Origin: Candidatus Woesearchaeota archaeon
Lineage (GTDB): Archaea > Nanobdellota > Nanobdellia > Pacearchaeales > GW2011-AR1
Assembly (NCBI GenBank): GCA_964603295.1
Contig: CAZRUG010000001.1
Span: forward strand, 53,210-117,209
Length of the DNA stretch: 64,000 nt
Reading direction: 5' to 3'
Position 1 is the first letter of the stretch. Every line of letters begins with the position of its first letter. Below the pieces are notes generated by a model. The model worked only from the letters and a program-made list of their open reading frames with translations. It searched no databases and was not told the DNA's origin. Of the stretch, positions 9,680 to 18,918 are shown piece after piece. A program made the position numbers and the translations under genes.

Positions 9680-10475
9680 TCTGAGGCAATCTTTCTTCTA
9701 AAGGTGGTTTCTTAATTTGGTAAAAAATACCTAAAGGAATCTTTGTATTCTTGTCAATTGAATTATAATCAAATTCTTCTGCTCTTTTCATTGCTTTTTC
9801 AAAATTTGTTTTATCATGTTTTTTATCTTCTAAAAAATAAGTGTGTTTTTTGTAATCTTTATCTTGATGAAAAATAATGCAAGGCTGAATAACTTCAATA
9901 AATGCAAAACCTTTGTGTTTCATTGCTTTGTCTAAAATATCTTCAATTTGTTTAACATCTGCAAAAACCCGCGCAACAAAAGTTGCTCCTGCTGAAAGCA
10001 TTATTTTAATTGAATTAATCGGCTCTGTTTTAACACCCAAAGGCATTGTCTTATCTTTGAAACCTTGTTCTGTCGTTGGCGTAGGTTGCCCAACAGTTAA
10101 AGCAAAAACCTGATTATTATGAACCAAGTATTTCATATTTGCATTATAACGCGCAGCATGAATTGTGTGCGAAATACCTTCTGCATAAGCATCACCATCT
10201 CCAGAAAACCCAATAACATTTAAGTTAGGTTGAGCAAGTTTTATTCCCAACATTGTAGGAGGCACTCGTCCATGAAGAGTATTAATTCCTTTAAGATTTA
10301 CATAATCAAACATTTTTGCATGACAACCAATTCCAGTCACAAGCGCATAATTATCTCGAGGATCTTTCTGTTTTTCTAAATATTTTTTCAAACCAGCAAG
10401 TATCTGAAAGTTATAACATCCAGGACACCAAGTAGGTATTGTCCCAGTGTTTAGGTTTTGTTTTTTTGTTGTCAT
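9657..10475 (-). CDS. 2-oxoacid:ferredoxin oxidoreductase beta subunit
   Basis: WCPGC, GIGC, LHGR, TPP motif GDGD...NN. Confidence 0.93.
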   Translation of the reverse strand: MTTKKQNLNTGTIPTWCPGCYNFQILAGLKKYLEKQKDPRDNYALVTGIGCHAKMFDYVNLKGINTLHGRVPPTMLGIKLAQPNLNVIGFSGDGDAYAEGISHTIHAARYNANMKYLVHNNQVFALTVGQPTPTTEQGFKDKTMPLGVKTEPINSIKIMLSAGATFVARVFADVKQIEDILDKAMKHKGFAFIEVIQPCIIFHQDKDYKKHTYFLEDKKHDKTNFEKAMKRAEEFDYNSIDKNTKIPLGIFYQIKKPPLEERLPQIKKKLNK

Positions 10476-10897
10476 TTTAATTCCTTATTCATGAATATAT
10501 CTTCATAATTTGGTTTGTATTTAAATTTTTGATAAAATTGAAATGCTTTTGCTTTTTGATTTGCCATAACAGTAATTTTTTTGATTTTCTTCTTAATACA
10601 TTCTTCTTCTGCAAAATTTAATAATTTGCTTCCAACGCCCTTTCCTTGAGATTTTGAATCAACATAAAACTCATCAATATAGGCCTCTTTTTTTCCCTCG
10701 CCCATAATTGAAATAAACCCCAAGATTTTTTTATCTGCAATATATAAATAAATACTTCCGAGTTCAAAAATTGTTCTTATTTTTTTCAAAGATTCTTTTT
10801 CAGACCATTTTTGATTATATGGTTTTTTCCCAGATTCAGCTCTAAATATTTTTGCAATTTCTTTCAAATCTTTTTCAGTTGCTTTTCTTATTTTCAT
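10472..10897 (-). CDS. GNAT acetyltransferase
   Basis: MKIRKATEKD; V...QGKGVGSKL; N..A..FY. Confidence 0.88.
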   Translation of the reverse strand: MKIRKATEKDLKEIAKIFRAESGKKPYNQKWSEKESLKKIRTIFELGSIYLYIADKKILGFISIMGEGKKEAYIDEFYVDSKSQGKGVGSKLLNFAEEECIKKKIKKITVMANQKAKAFQFYQKFKYKPNYEDIFMNKELK

Positions 10898-10898
10898 A

Positions 10899-11225
10899 TT
10901 AAAATTTAAATCTCCTTTCATATTTTTTATGATTAAACCATTCAAGCAAAACACAAACAATTGACACCTCATCATTTTGTATTGTATAAATTAATCTCCA
11001 TGCATTTGGAAGATTATATTTCCACAGGTTTTGAATTCCTTTGTTTTTATATTCTTTTGGAATTAGATTCTTTTTCACTTGCATACCAACAAAAGGATTT
11101 TGCTTTATGTCATTAATCGCTCTATCTAAAAATTTTGCCAAATCTTTCTCAGTTTTATTTTCTTTTAATTTACTAAATGTTTGTTGAAGAGTTTTATCAA
11201 TAAAGGCAACCTTTACATTTCTCAT
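10899..11225 (-). CDS. RelE/YoeB-superfamily toxin
   Basis: 108 aa; NPFVG...LWKYNLPNAWRLIYTI...HKKYERRF; coupled to an upstream small gene. Confidence 0.75.
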   Translation of the reverse strand: MRNVKVAFIDKTLQQTFSKLKENKTEKDLAKFLDRAINDIKQNPFVGMQVKKNLIPKEYKNKGIQNLWKYNLPNAWRLIYTIQNDEVSIVCVLLEWFNHKKYERRFKF

Positions 11226-11482
11226 TTTATAATTAATCCCTGCTCTTTAATATTTTTAATTAATTCAGGATTATAAGCCCACATAATTTTATCTTTGTAA
11301 AAAATAATCTTTCCAGATTTTTCTAAATAATCAAGAATAACTTTAAATGTTTGATATTGAACTTTTTTAGGAAGAGCTTTCCAGAGTTGCATTTTTGTGG
11401 GATAATCTTCTAAATTTTGTATGGTTTCTTCTACCATAAGAACAGTATCTAATCTTGGGTAATGTAATATATTTTGTGCCAT
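11222..11482 (-). CDS. Putative antitoxin / small winged-helix protein
   Basis: PRLDTVLMVE...QLWKALPKKVQYQT...LDYLE; ATGA overlap with the toxin. Confidence 0.65.
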   Translation of the reverse strand: MAQNILHYPRLDTVLMVEETIQNLEDYPTKMQLWKALPKKVQYQTFKVILDYLEKSGKIIFYKDKIMWAYNPELIKNIKEQGLIIK

Positions 11483-11538
11483 TTTTCTATTGTATATATT
11501 TATACAATTAAGTATTTAAGGTTTTTGGAAATTCATTT

Positions 11539-11622
11539 TCATTTTTTAAGCCATCCAACTGATTTAAATAAATTCGCAATATCTTTTCCAGATATCTCTT
11601 TTGTTTTTTTGTATTCTATCAT
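11539..11622 (-). pseudogene. Truncated GNAT N-terminus
   Basis: MIEYKKTKEISGKDIANLFKSVGWLKK*; ATGA overlap with the oxidoreductase alpha stop. Confidence 0.55.
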
Positions 11623-13106
11623 CCCAACATCCCCCCAATCTCTTTCTCCAACCCATCTCTTAAAAAAGGCCTGCCATCATATCTTAGGATTTTGTTTTTA
11701 TCCTCGATATTTATTCCAGTATTTTCTCTTATAACATCACCCAATAAACCAGTTGAATTATTTTCAATTAAAATTAAATTCTTATCTTTCAAAATTTTTT
11801 CAACTTCTTTTGGAAAAGGTTTCATATAAAGTATTTGCAAAAACCCAACCTCCAAGTTTTTTATTGAATCTAAAATAGCCCCTTTTGTAGAACCCCAAGA
11901 AACAATTAAGTTCTTTGAATTTTTCTTTCCATAAATTTTATACTGCTTAAATTTCTTAACAGCTTTTTCAATTTCTTTTCCAACTTTTTGCCTTTCTTCA
12001 ATATTTTTCTTAACTTGCAAAGCATCTTCTGTTGCAGAACCAACAGAATCTGTTTCATAAGAATTCCATCTCTTTAATTTAGTTTCATGCTTAACTTTTA
12101 CAAACTTTGCTTTTCCATCAATTGTATAAAATGATTCTCCCAAGTGTTTGTCTGAAACAATTATCGACGGAGTTTTAAATTTCTGGGACAAGTAAAAAGT
12201 TTGATTAGTTAATTCTTCTGATTCAATAACATCTCCTGGAGCAACAACTACTCTATTAAATTCTCCATGTCCAGCATTTAATGCAATTTTCAAATCACCT
12301 TGTGCAGTATAAGTTGCAACACCTGTTCCAGGCCCAGGCCTTTGTGATAAATAAAACACCAAAGGCACTTGCGCAATTCCACATAAACTCAAACCCTCTG
12401 ACATTAAATCAAAACCTCCTCCCGAAGTCCCAATCATTGTCTTTGCTCCAGCAATTGCAGAACCAACACCAGCATTAACAACAGCCAACTCATTCTCTAA
12501 TTCAAAAACCAAAACATTATTCTTAACCTGATCTTTAGCTAACTCAGATAAGATAGGTGTTGCAGGAGTCATTGGATAAGCATAATAAATATCAATTCCA
12601 GAGGCCAAAGCACCTTGAGCAATACCTTGATTTCCATTTTGAAAAACAAATTTTTTCTTTTTTATCTTCGGCAAATCAATTGATCTTCGGGCATCATTAA
12701 AACCTTTCTGACATTCTTGCAGATTTTTTTCATAATTAGATAATTTCTTAATCCGTTCACCTAACAAATTAAAATCCAATCCTAAAACACGAAACAACCT
12801 TCCAGCAAAATACATATTTGAATGTTTCCCTCCAATAATTATTCCATCTTTTTTTATATTTTTTTTATGAATTTTTTCTGTTGATTCATCAATTGAAACA
12901 ACCACATCAAATTTTGAATCATTGCTATTAACTTCTGAATTTGAAATAGTTAAAATATTAAAATTATGTCCTCCTCGAATTAAACTCTGATAATCTCTAG
13001 AATAAAAAACATAATAACCTTTTTCAACAAGTGCTTCTGCTAAAACATGAGTTAAAAGATTTGGTCCCTGCCCAGCTTTTCCTCCGATTAGAATGTTTGT
13101 TCTCAT
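11619..13106 (-). CDS. 2-oxoacid:ferredoxin oxidoreductase alpha subunit (gamma-fused)
   Basis: GGKAGQG, YQSLIRGGHN, YPMTPAT, TSGGGF, QRPGPGTG. Confidence 0.93.
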   Translation of the reverse strand: MRTNILIGGKAGQGPNLLTHVLAEALVEKGYYVFYSRDYQSLIRGGHNFNILTISNSEVNSNDSKFDVVVSIDESTEKIHKKNIKKDGIIIGGKHSNMYFAGRLFRVLGLDFNLLGERIKKLSNYEKNLQECQKGFNDARRSIDLPKIKKKKFVFQNGNQGIAQGALASGIDIYYAYPMTPATPILSELAKDQVKNNVLVFELENELAVVNAGVGSAIAGAKTMIGTSGGGFDLMSEGLSLCGIAQVPLVFYLSQRPGPGTGVATYTAQGDLKIALNAGHGEFNRVVVAPGDVIESEELTNQTFYLSQKFKTPSIIVSDKHLGESFYTIDGKAKFVKVKHETKLKRWNSYETDSVGSATEDALQVKKNIEERQKVGKEIEKAVKKFKQYKIYGKKNSKNLIVSWGSTKGAILDSIKNLEVGFLQILYMKPFPKEVEKILKDKNLILIENNSTGLLGDVIRENTGINIEDKNKILRYDGRPFLRDGLEKEIGGMLG

Positions 13107-13618
13107 AAAATCCTCCCTAGCATATATGTATCTGCATATTTTTTATTATCTAATAAAAGACCCTTCTTTTTTATTCCTTCTATCTTAAATCCTGCCTTTT
13201 TGGAAATTTTCCAAGAGGAAATATTTTTTACAGCAACTTCTGCTTCAAGTCTCTTAAAGCCTCTTTTCTTTGCTTCTTTAACAGCAGTTTTTAGTAAAAG
13301 AGTTCCAATTCCTCTTCTCTGATAATCTGGATGAACACTCCATCCCCCTGATAATCTGTGCCGAGTTCGTCCTTTTTCTTTTGCTAAGAAAAAAACAGAG
13401 CCAACTATTTTATTATTGATTTCTGCAACAAATATAATTGAGGTTTCTTTATTAAAAGAATCTTTCCATTTTTCTAAATCTTTTTTTGTTCTTTTTTTAT
13501 TGCTCCCAGTATAATTAAAAACCCCTTTTTTTAGTCCTTCATTAAAATTTTCTGCAATTCCAACTTCATCGCCCTTTTTCGCTTTTCTAATCACTACATC
13601 ACCACCCTTCATATTCAA
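13103..13618 (-). CDS. GNAT acetyltransferase
   Basis: VHPDYQRRGIGT; N..S..I.KK.GF..EG. Confidence 0.88.
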   Translation of the reverse strand: MNMKGGDVVIRKAKKGDEVGIAENFNEGLKKGVFNYTGSNKKRTKKDLEKWKDSFNKETSIIFVAEINNKIVGSVFFLAKEKGRTRHRLSGGWSVHPDYQRRGIGTLLLKTAVKEAKKRGFKRLEAEVAVKNISSWKISKKAGFKIEGIKKKGLLLDNKKYADTYMLGRIL

Positions 13619-13632
13619 TAAAACAAAATAAC

Positions 13633-14271
13633 TTATTTAAGTTTATCTAAAAATTCTTCAATTAATTGTTCTTTCTCTTTTTCACTAACTTTTATTGAAG
13701 AAGCTTCATAGATCTTCCCGAAATTATTAAGTTTATTTTTAGTCTTCCAAAAAGGTCCTTTTTTAATCAGCCAATCTGGAAAATTTTTTTTATTTTGAAT
13801 AAAATAATCTAAAAACAAATCAGGCTTTTGTATTTTCAAGGAATTCCTTAATCGTTTAGATACTAAAATCGGTGTATCTCCACTTGGAGAGTTATTCTCG
13901 ATAATTAAGATCTTTTTCCCTTTTATCTGTTTAAGAGTTCTATCAATGGATTGATTGTATCTTTTTTTCTTCAAAACATTTTCATTTTTTCTTCCACAAA
14001 TTAAATAATGGATTTTCCATCCTTGAGCTTCAAACAAAATTGCATAAGGCAAAGCACCTCTTAAAACACAAACAGCAGAATCATAATCCTCTTTTGGAAT
14101 ATTTTTAATTTGTTTTAGAATATGTGTTGGAAAATGACCTTTTTTCCCATAGTCTCTTTTAATTTTATTAATAAAAGACTTTGAATCATTAACATAATAT
14201 CTACTAAATTTTTCCCATTTTTCTCCTACCTTTTTATTCAAGAGTGAGAATAATTGCCCCTCTTTTTTCAT
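13633..14271 (-). CDS. Degenerate phosphoribosyltransferase-fold protein
   Basis: VCVLRGALPYA and ILIIENNSPSGDT (PRPP-loop-like, canonical acidic pair altered). Confidence 0.55.
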   Translation of the reverse strand: MKKEGQLFSLLNKKVGEKWEKFSRYYVNDSKSFINKIKRDYGKKGHFPTHILKQIKNIPKEDYDSAVCVLRGALPYAILFEAQGWKIHYLICGRKNENVLKKKRYNQSIDRTLKQIKGKKILIIENNSPSGDTPILVSKRLRNSLKIQKPDLFLDYFIQNKKNFPDWLIKKGPFWKTKNKLNNFGKIYEASSIKVSEKEKEQLIEEFLDKLK

Positions 14272-14309
14272 AAGTAATTTATGAGGAAATATTATTTAAA
14301 CTTTCTCAA

Positions 14310-15275
14310 TCACTTCACAAACTCAATTTTTTCCCAATCAAAAATAGGCATTGAATTAACTTCAATAATATTTTGCAAGAATTTATCTTTTATTTCTGAA
14401 ATAAGTTTATATAATTCAAAAATATTTTTTGTATAACATCTAAAATCAATGTCAGCATATCCAAGATATCTTGAAACACTTTCAACATTCCCTTGCTTTT
14501 TGAGGAATTGTTTAATTAATTTATAATTCTCAGAATCTAATTTCTTCAAATGTAAAAAAACTCTAAAATGTAAAAATCCTAATTTCTCATAATTTATTTT
14601 TGTTTTATATCCGATTATTATTTCCTTTTTTTGTAAAGAAAGAATTCTGTTTTTTACCCCATTTGCAGACATTTTCAATTTTCCAGCTAATTGCACAAGG
14701 GTTAATCTACAATTATTAGAAAGCAATTCTATAAGCTTTTTTTCTTTATCATCAATGGAAATGTTTTGTTTTTTTATTGATGTATTAAACTGCAAAGTTT
14801 TAGAATTTTCAATTATATCTATATTAAAATAACTACTTTCAATTTCACTGGTTATTAATTTTTCTTTGATTTTATCTGATTTATTAGATATAATTTTTTT
14901 AAGAATGTAATCGAGTTCTTGATTATTTCCTGCACTAATTGCAATTGTCATATCCCAATGACCTGCATTTTTTCCGACACCAATTACGTCTTTATTTTTT
15001 TGAATTTCCTGAAACCATTGCTTTTCAATTTGAGAAGAGATTCTAATTGTTTTAATATAAACTACATAAATAGTTTTTCCTAATTTATTTAAATCAATAA
15101 TTGCATTATATCCCTGAATAATTTTTTCTTTCTCTAATTTTTCAATTCTATATTTTATAGCTTGCTTTGATATTTTCAGTTTTTTAGCTAAGCTCGCATT
15201 GGTAACTCTTGCCTTCATTTCTAATTCAACGAGGAGCTTTTTGTCTTTTATATCTAACATATTAACTTTATGCAA
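14310..15275 (-). CDS. Tandem (double) Lrp/AsnC regulator
   Basis: Two HTH+RAM repeats (LDIKDKKLL...LAKKLKISKQAIKYRI; IDDKEKKLI...LAGKL). Confidence 0.88.
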   Translation of the reverse strand: MHKVNMLDIKDKKLLVELEMKARVTNASLAKKLKISKQAIKYRIEKLEKEKIIQGYNAIIDLNKLGKTIYVVYIKTIRISSQIEKQWFQEIQKNKDVIGVGKNAGHWDMTIAISAGNNQELDYILKKIISNKSDKIKEKLITSEIESSYFNIDIIENSKTLQFNTSIKKQNISIDDKEKKLIELLSNNCRLTLVQLAGKLKMSANGVKNRILSLQKKEIIIGYKTKINYEKLGFLHFRVFLHLKKLDSENYKLIKQFLKKQGNVESVSRYLGYADIDFRCYTKNIFELYKLISEIKDKFLQNIIEVNSMPIFDWEKIEFVK

Positions 15276-15301
15276 TTATATTATATAAATATTGCGTTTT
15301 G

Positions 15302-16291
15302 TTATAATTCTTTCTCTGGAAATTGTATATATTTATAGATGCTATCTAAAAATAAGAGGTCAATGTTTTCAACTGAATTATTTAGAATATCTGCTATCTC
15401 ATCGTAGGTTTTACCAAGTTCAGTTGGATTCTCGGATAAAACATAAATTATACAATCATAATCTCCCTCTAATTTGGCACAATAAAATATTCTTTGGTTT
15501 GTTGCTAAATACTCTTTAAATTTTTTCTCAAAACCCTTTCTTTTGAAATTAATCAAAAAATAATTTGTGTAAAGATTGTATTTTTTAAAATTATGAATTA
15601 AACCAAAATTATTAATAAATTTTTGATCAACAAATTTTTTCATTCTATAACGAATTGTTTCGTGATTTAATCTGGTTGCTTCTGCAAGTTCTTGATAATT
15701 TGTTCTTGGATTTTGAAGAATGGCTTTGATAATTTTTTTATCAATATAATCTAAATTAATTTTTTTATCCAAAGGGGTTTCTGCATATAGTTTCGTGTTT
15801 AGTTTGTATACAAAGTTTTTTTGGTTTGAGGGAATTTTAGATTTAACATTAATTGGAGGAATTATATTAGTAAACCTCTTATAAATACCTCTAAACTTGG
15901 CAATCTTTAGTTCTTTAATTGGGATAACAGACCTAATTTTTTTAAGTAATTCCTTGAGTTCTCTTTGGGATTTTGCGAGAACTAATAATTGAATATCAAA
16001 CTTACCATAACTAGAATTAATATGTATCAGATTCTGTATTTTTGATAGATTTGAGAAATTATCTATTTTACTTTTTAATTTAATCCAAATATGATAACTA
16101 TCATATCCGAGCATATGGTAATTAAATTGGACATTGAATTTTGCTAATTCTTGTTGATTTATAAGTTTGTCAATTTGATAAGCAACAGAATCTTCAGATA
16201 AACCAACAGATTTTCCAATATCTTTATTAGTAAATCTGCAATTAATTGATAACAATTCCAATATTTTCTTTTGTCTTAAATTTAGCTTCAT
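15302..16291 (-). CDS. Tandem (double) Lrp/AsnC regulator
   Basis: Two HTH+RAM repeats (LNLRQKKILELL..NCR; LDYIDKKII..IL.NPR). Confidence 0.88.
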   Translation of the reverse strand: MKLNLRQKKILELLSINCRFTNKDIGKSVGLSEDSVAYQIDKLINQQELAKFNVQFNYHMLGYDSYHIWIKLKSKIDNFSNLSKIQNLIHINSSYGKFDIQLLVLAKSQRELKELLKKIRSVIPIKELKIAKFRGIYKRFTNIIPPINVKSKIPSNQKNFVYKLNTKLYAETPLDKKINLDYIDKKIIKAILQNPRTNYQELAEATRLNHETIRYRMKKFVDQKFINNFGLIHNFKKYNLYTNYFLINFKRKGFEKKFKEYLATNQRIFYCAKLEGDYDCIIYVLSENPTELGKTYDEIADILNNSVENIDLLFLDSIYKYIQFPEKEL

Positions 16292-16367
16292 AGAGAAAAA
16301 AGGACAACATTACTTATAAAATTATGTATTTATCGCAAAATTAAATAGTTTATCTTATATAAACATA

Positions 16368-17081
16368 TTGTATTACTCTTCTATGGTAGTTAAAAGGAAA
16401 CAAAAAACAAGCAATCAATTTGAATATCAGAATATATTTGAAGGGGTTCAAGAAGGAAATTATCGAAGAGCAACTAGTTTAGCTAGAGATAATAACTCTC
16501 AGATTATTTCTTCAAGAGAATTAGCTGAAGCTATACCTCAAATTCATTCTGAAGGATTTGAGGGGAACATCTTAACTTCAACAGGATATTTATTTAACCG
16601 AGAGAAAGGATTGTATCTCCAAGAGAATACAGCGCCTATTCAAAATTATTCTTTTGAAAAATATGGGTCTAGAGAAATAGAAATCAAGGAGAGAGATTTA
16701 ATAAAGCGTCTAAAAGAGGGAGATTCTTCTGTAAGATTTATTCCCAATGAAGAAATATCCAGATTGCCTTATGATGGTGTAATTAAATTTTTAGATTTTA
16801 AAAATAATAAAGTAGCTCAAACTCTTTTAGGCGAAGAAGGAATCGAGAATTTAGTAAATATCGCAAAGAATCAACAAAACGATAGAGGTTCGCATGACAC
16901 AAGAATTAATTTTTGCGTTCCATATCAACATTCAAGGATTAATACAGGTTTAATTTATCTTAGATTGAGTAGGCCATTTAGCAATCCTATGTGCGACCAA
17001 TCGAGAAATCATTATTTAACTGTGGGGAGTAATTGTCACATTAATATTTTAAAAGGAATGGCCTTTTCAAAAGTTATTTAA
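16368..17081 (+). CDS. Hypothetical protein
   Basis: 237-aa ORF; start probably ATG at 16383. Confidence 0.65.
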   Translation: MYYSSMVVKRKQKTSNQFEYQNIFEGVQEGNYRRATSLARDNNSQIISSRELAEAIPQIHSEGFEGNILTSTGYLFNREKGLYLQENTAPIQNYSFEKYGSREIEIKERDLIKRLKEGDSSVRFIPNEEISRLPYDGVIKFLDFKNNKVAQTLLGEEGIENLVNIAKNQQNDRGSHDTRINFCVPYQHSRINTGLIYLRLSRPFSNPMCDQSRNHYLTVGSNCHINILKGMAFSKVI

Positions 17082-17103
17082 ACCTAAATCAGAACATAAG
17101 AAA

Positions 17104-17577
17104 ATGAAAAAATCACCTAAAAACGAAATCGAAAATCTAAGAAACATTTGTGAAAGAAATGGTTTTGAATTAGTGGAAACTTCTGTTGGAGGAGAATCAT
17201 TTAGTTATTATGTGATTCCTCAATCAATGCAACCAAACTTCTCGGATTTTGTTATAAGGGCAACAGGAGAACCAGAACACGGATATGTTTTAGGTATTTC
17301 AGATTCAGTTCCAGAAGAACACAGAAAATACGCTGTTTTCCACGAATATACAGAGTTTATGAAAATTGGAATTGATACAAAAGATAGATGTGTTCAAGCT
17401 TTAGAAAAAGAATTAGAACAAGTTCCAGATTCAATTAAAAGCGAGTATATCGCAAGAAGACAGGATTTTTTCAAAAATGCAATTAGATTCTGCTATCAAG
17501 ATAAAGAACACTACACTCAACAAGACATAAAGGAATTTGGCAAGAGTTTAGCTCGTTTGTATAAAGAGAATAAATGA
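17104..17577 (+). CDS. Hypothetical protein with an HExxE motif
   Basis: YAVFHEYTE followed by C..A...EL. Confidence 0.65.
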   Translation: MKKSPKNEIENLRNICERNGFELVETSVGGESFSYYVIPQSMQPNFSDFVIRATGEPEHGYVLGISDSVPEEHRKYAVFHEYTEFMKIGIDTKDRCVQALEKELEQVPDSIKSEYIARRQDFFKNAIRFCYQDKEHYTQQDIKEFGKSLARLYKENK

Positions 17578-17627
17578 TAATCAAAAACCCCAACAATCTT
17601 TAAATACTTCTCAGGTTTTTCTCTCAT

Positions 17628-18812
17628 ATGCCAAGATTCGCACACTTATCAGATGTTCATTTAGGAGGTTGGAAGCAAAAGCCACTGCAAGATTTAAATT
17701 TTGAGTCCTTTAAATTAGCAATAGAAACATGCATAAAAAAGCGAGTTGATTTTGTATTGATTGCAGGAGACTTGTTTGACACAGCTTACCCTCCAATTGA
17801 AATCTTAAAAGAAACATTTGCACAATTTAGAAAACTCAAACAATCAAACATTCCTTGTTTCATTATAGCAGGCTCCCATGATTACTCTGTTTCAGGAAAA
17901 ACCTTTTTAGATGTTTTAGAAAAAGCAGGATTTTGTATAAATGTGACTTCATTTTATACAGAAGGAGAGACAGAAGAAAGAAATGAAAAAATATTTTTAA
18001 ATCCACACATTCACGGAAACATTGCAATTTATGGTTATCCTGGAAAAAAATCTGGTTTAGAAATTCCAGACTTGCGAAGAGTAAAACTAAACGATGCACC
18101 AGGAATGTTCAAAATTTTTATGCTCCATACAACAGTTGACAAAGCAAAAGGCACACTTCCAATTGATGCATTAGAATGTGATTGTGTTCCAAAAGCAGAT
18201 TACTATGCACTTGGACATTTACACATTGACTGGAAATACCAGAACTTTGTTTATCCAGGACCAATTTTTCCAAACAACTTTCAAGAACTAAAAGACTTAA
18301 AATACGGAAGTTTTTATATTGTAGACACAGATTCAACAACATGGTTAGAAAAAGTAGAACTTAAAATAAAATCTATTGAATTTTTAGAAATACAAATCAC
18401 AAACGCAACAACTGCAACAGAGAAAATAATATCTGAATTAGAAAAAAGAGACTTAGAAGATAAAATAGTTTTATTAAAAGTCAAAGGAGAATTAGGAATT
18501 GGAAAAAACTCTGACATAAAATTCAATCAAATCGAGGATTATTTAAATCAAAAAGGTGCATACTTTATGCTCAAAAATACACATGATTTAAAAACAAAAG
18601 ATGTTGAATTAGAAGTTGTATCTGAAGACATTTCTGAAGAAAACATTGAACAAGAAACAATCAAAGCATATTCTAAACAAAACCCTTCTGATTTTAATCA
18701 TTTAATTTCTGAATTAATGAACTCATTTGGAATTGAAAAACAAGAGGGTGAAACAACAGAAAGTTTTAACACAAGAATCTTAGATGAAGCCAGGAGGATT
18801 TTGAATTTTTAA
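17628..18812 (+). CDS. mre11: DNA double-strand break repair nuclease Mre11
   Basis: DVHLG, AGDLFD, GSHD, ALGHLH phosphoesterase motifs; near rad50. Confidence 0.9.
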   Translation: MPRFAHLSDVHLGGWKQKPLQDLNFESFKLAIETCIKKRVDFVLIAGDLFDTAYPPIEILKETFAQFRKLKQSNIPCFIIAGSHDYSVSGKTFLDVLEKAGFCINVTSFYTEGETEERNEKIFLNPHIHGNIAIYGYPGKKSGLEIPDLRRVKLNDAPGMFKIFMLHTTVDKAKGTLPIDALECDCVPKADYYALGHLHIDWKYQNFVYPGPIFPNNFQELKDLKYGSFYIVDTDSTTWLEKVELKIKSIEFLEIQITNATTATEKIISELEKRDLEDKIVLLKVKGELGIGKNSDIKFNQIEDYLNQKGAYFMLKNTHDLKTKDVELEVVSEDISEENIEQETIKAYSKQNPSDFNHLISELMNSFGIEKQEGETTESFNTRILDEARRILNF

Positions 18813-18918
18813 GAATCCCCTATTTTCTAATAATAAAAAACATTTAGAGTTTATAAACTTTGTCCCTTGTTACTAAAGAGTAGTTAAATTTATAAAGAAA
18901 AACCCATTAAAACTTTTA

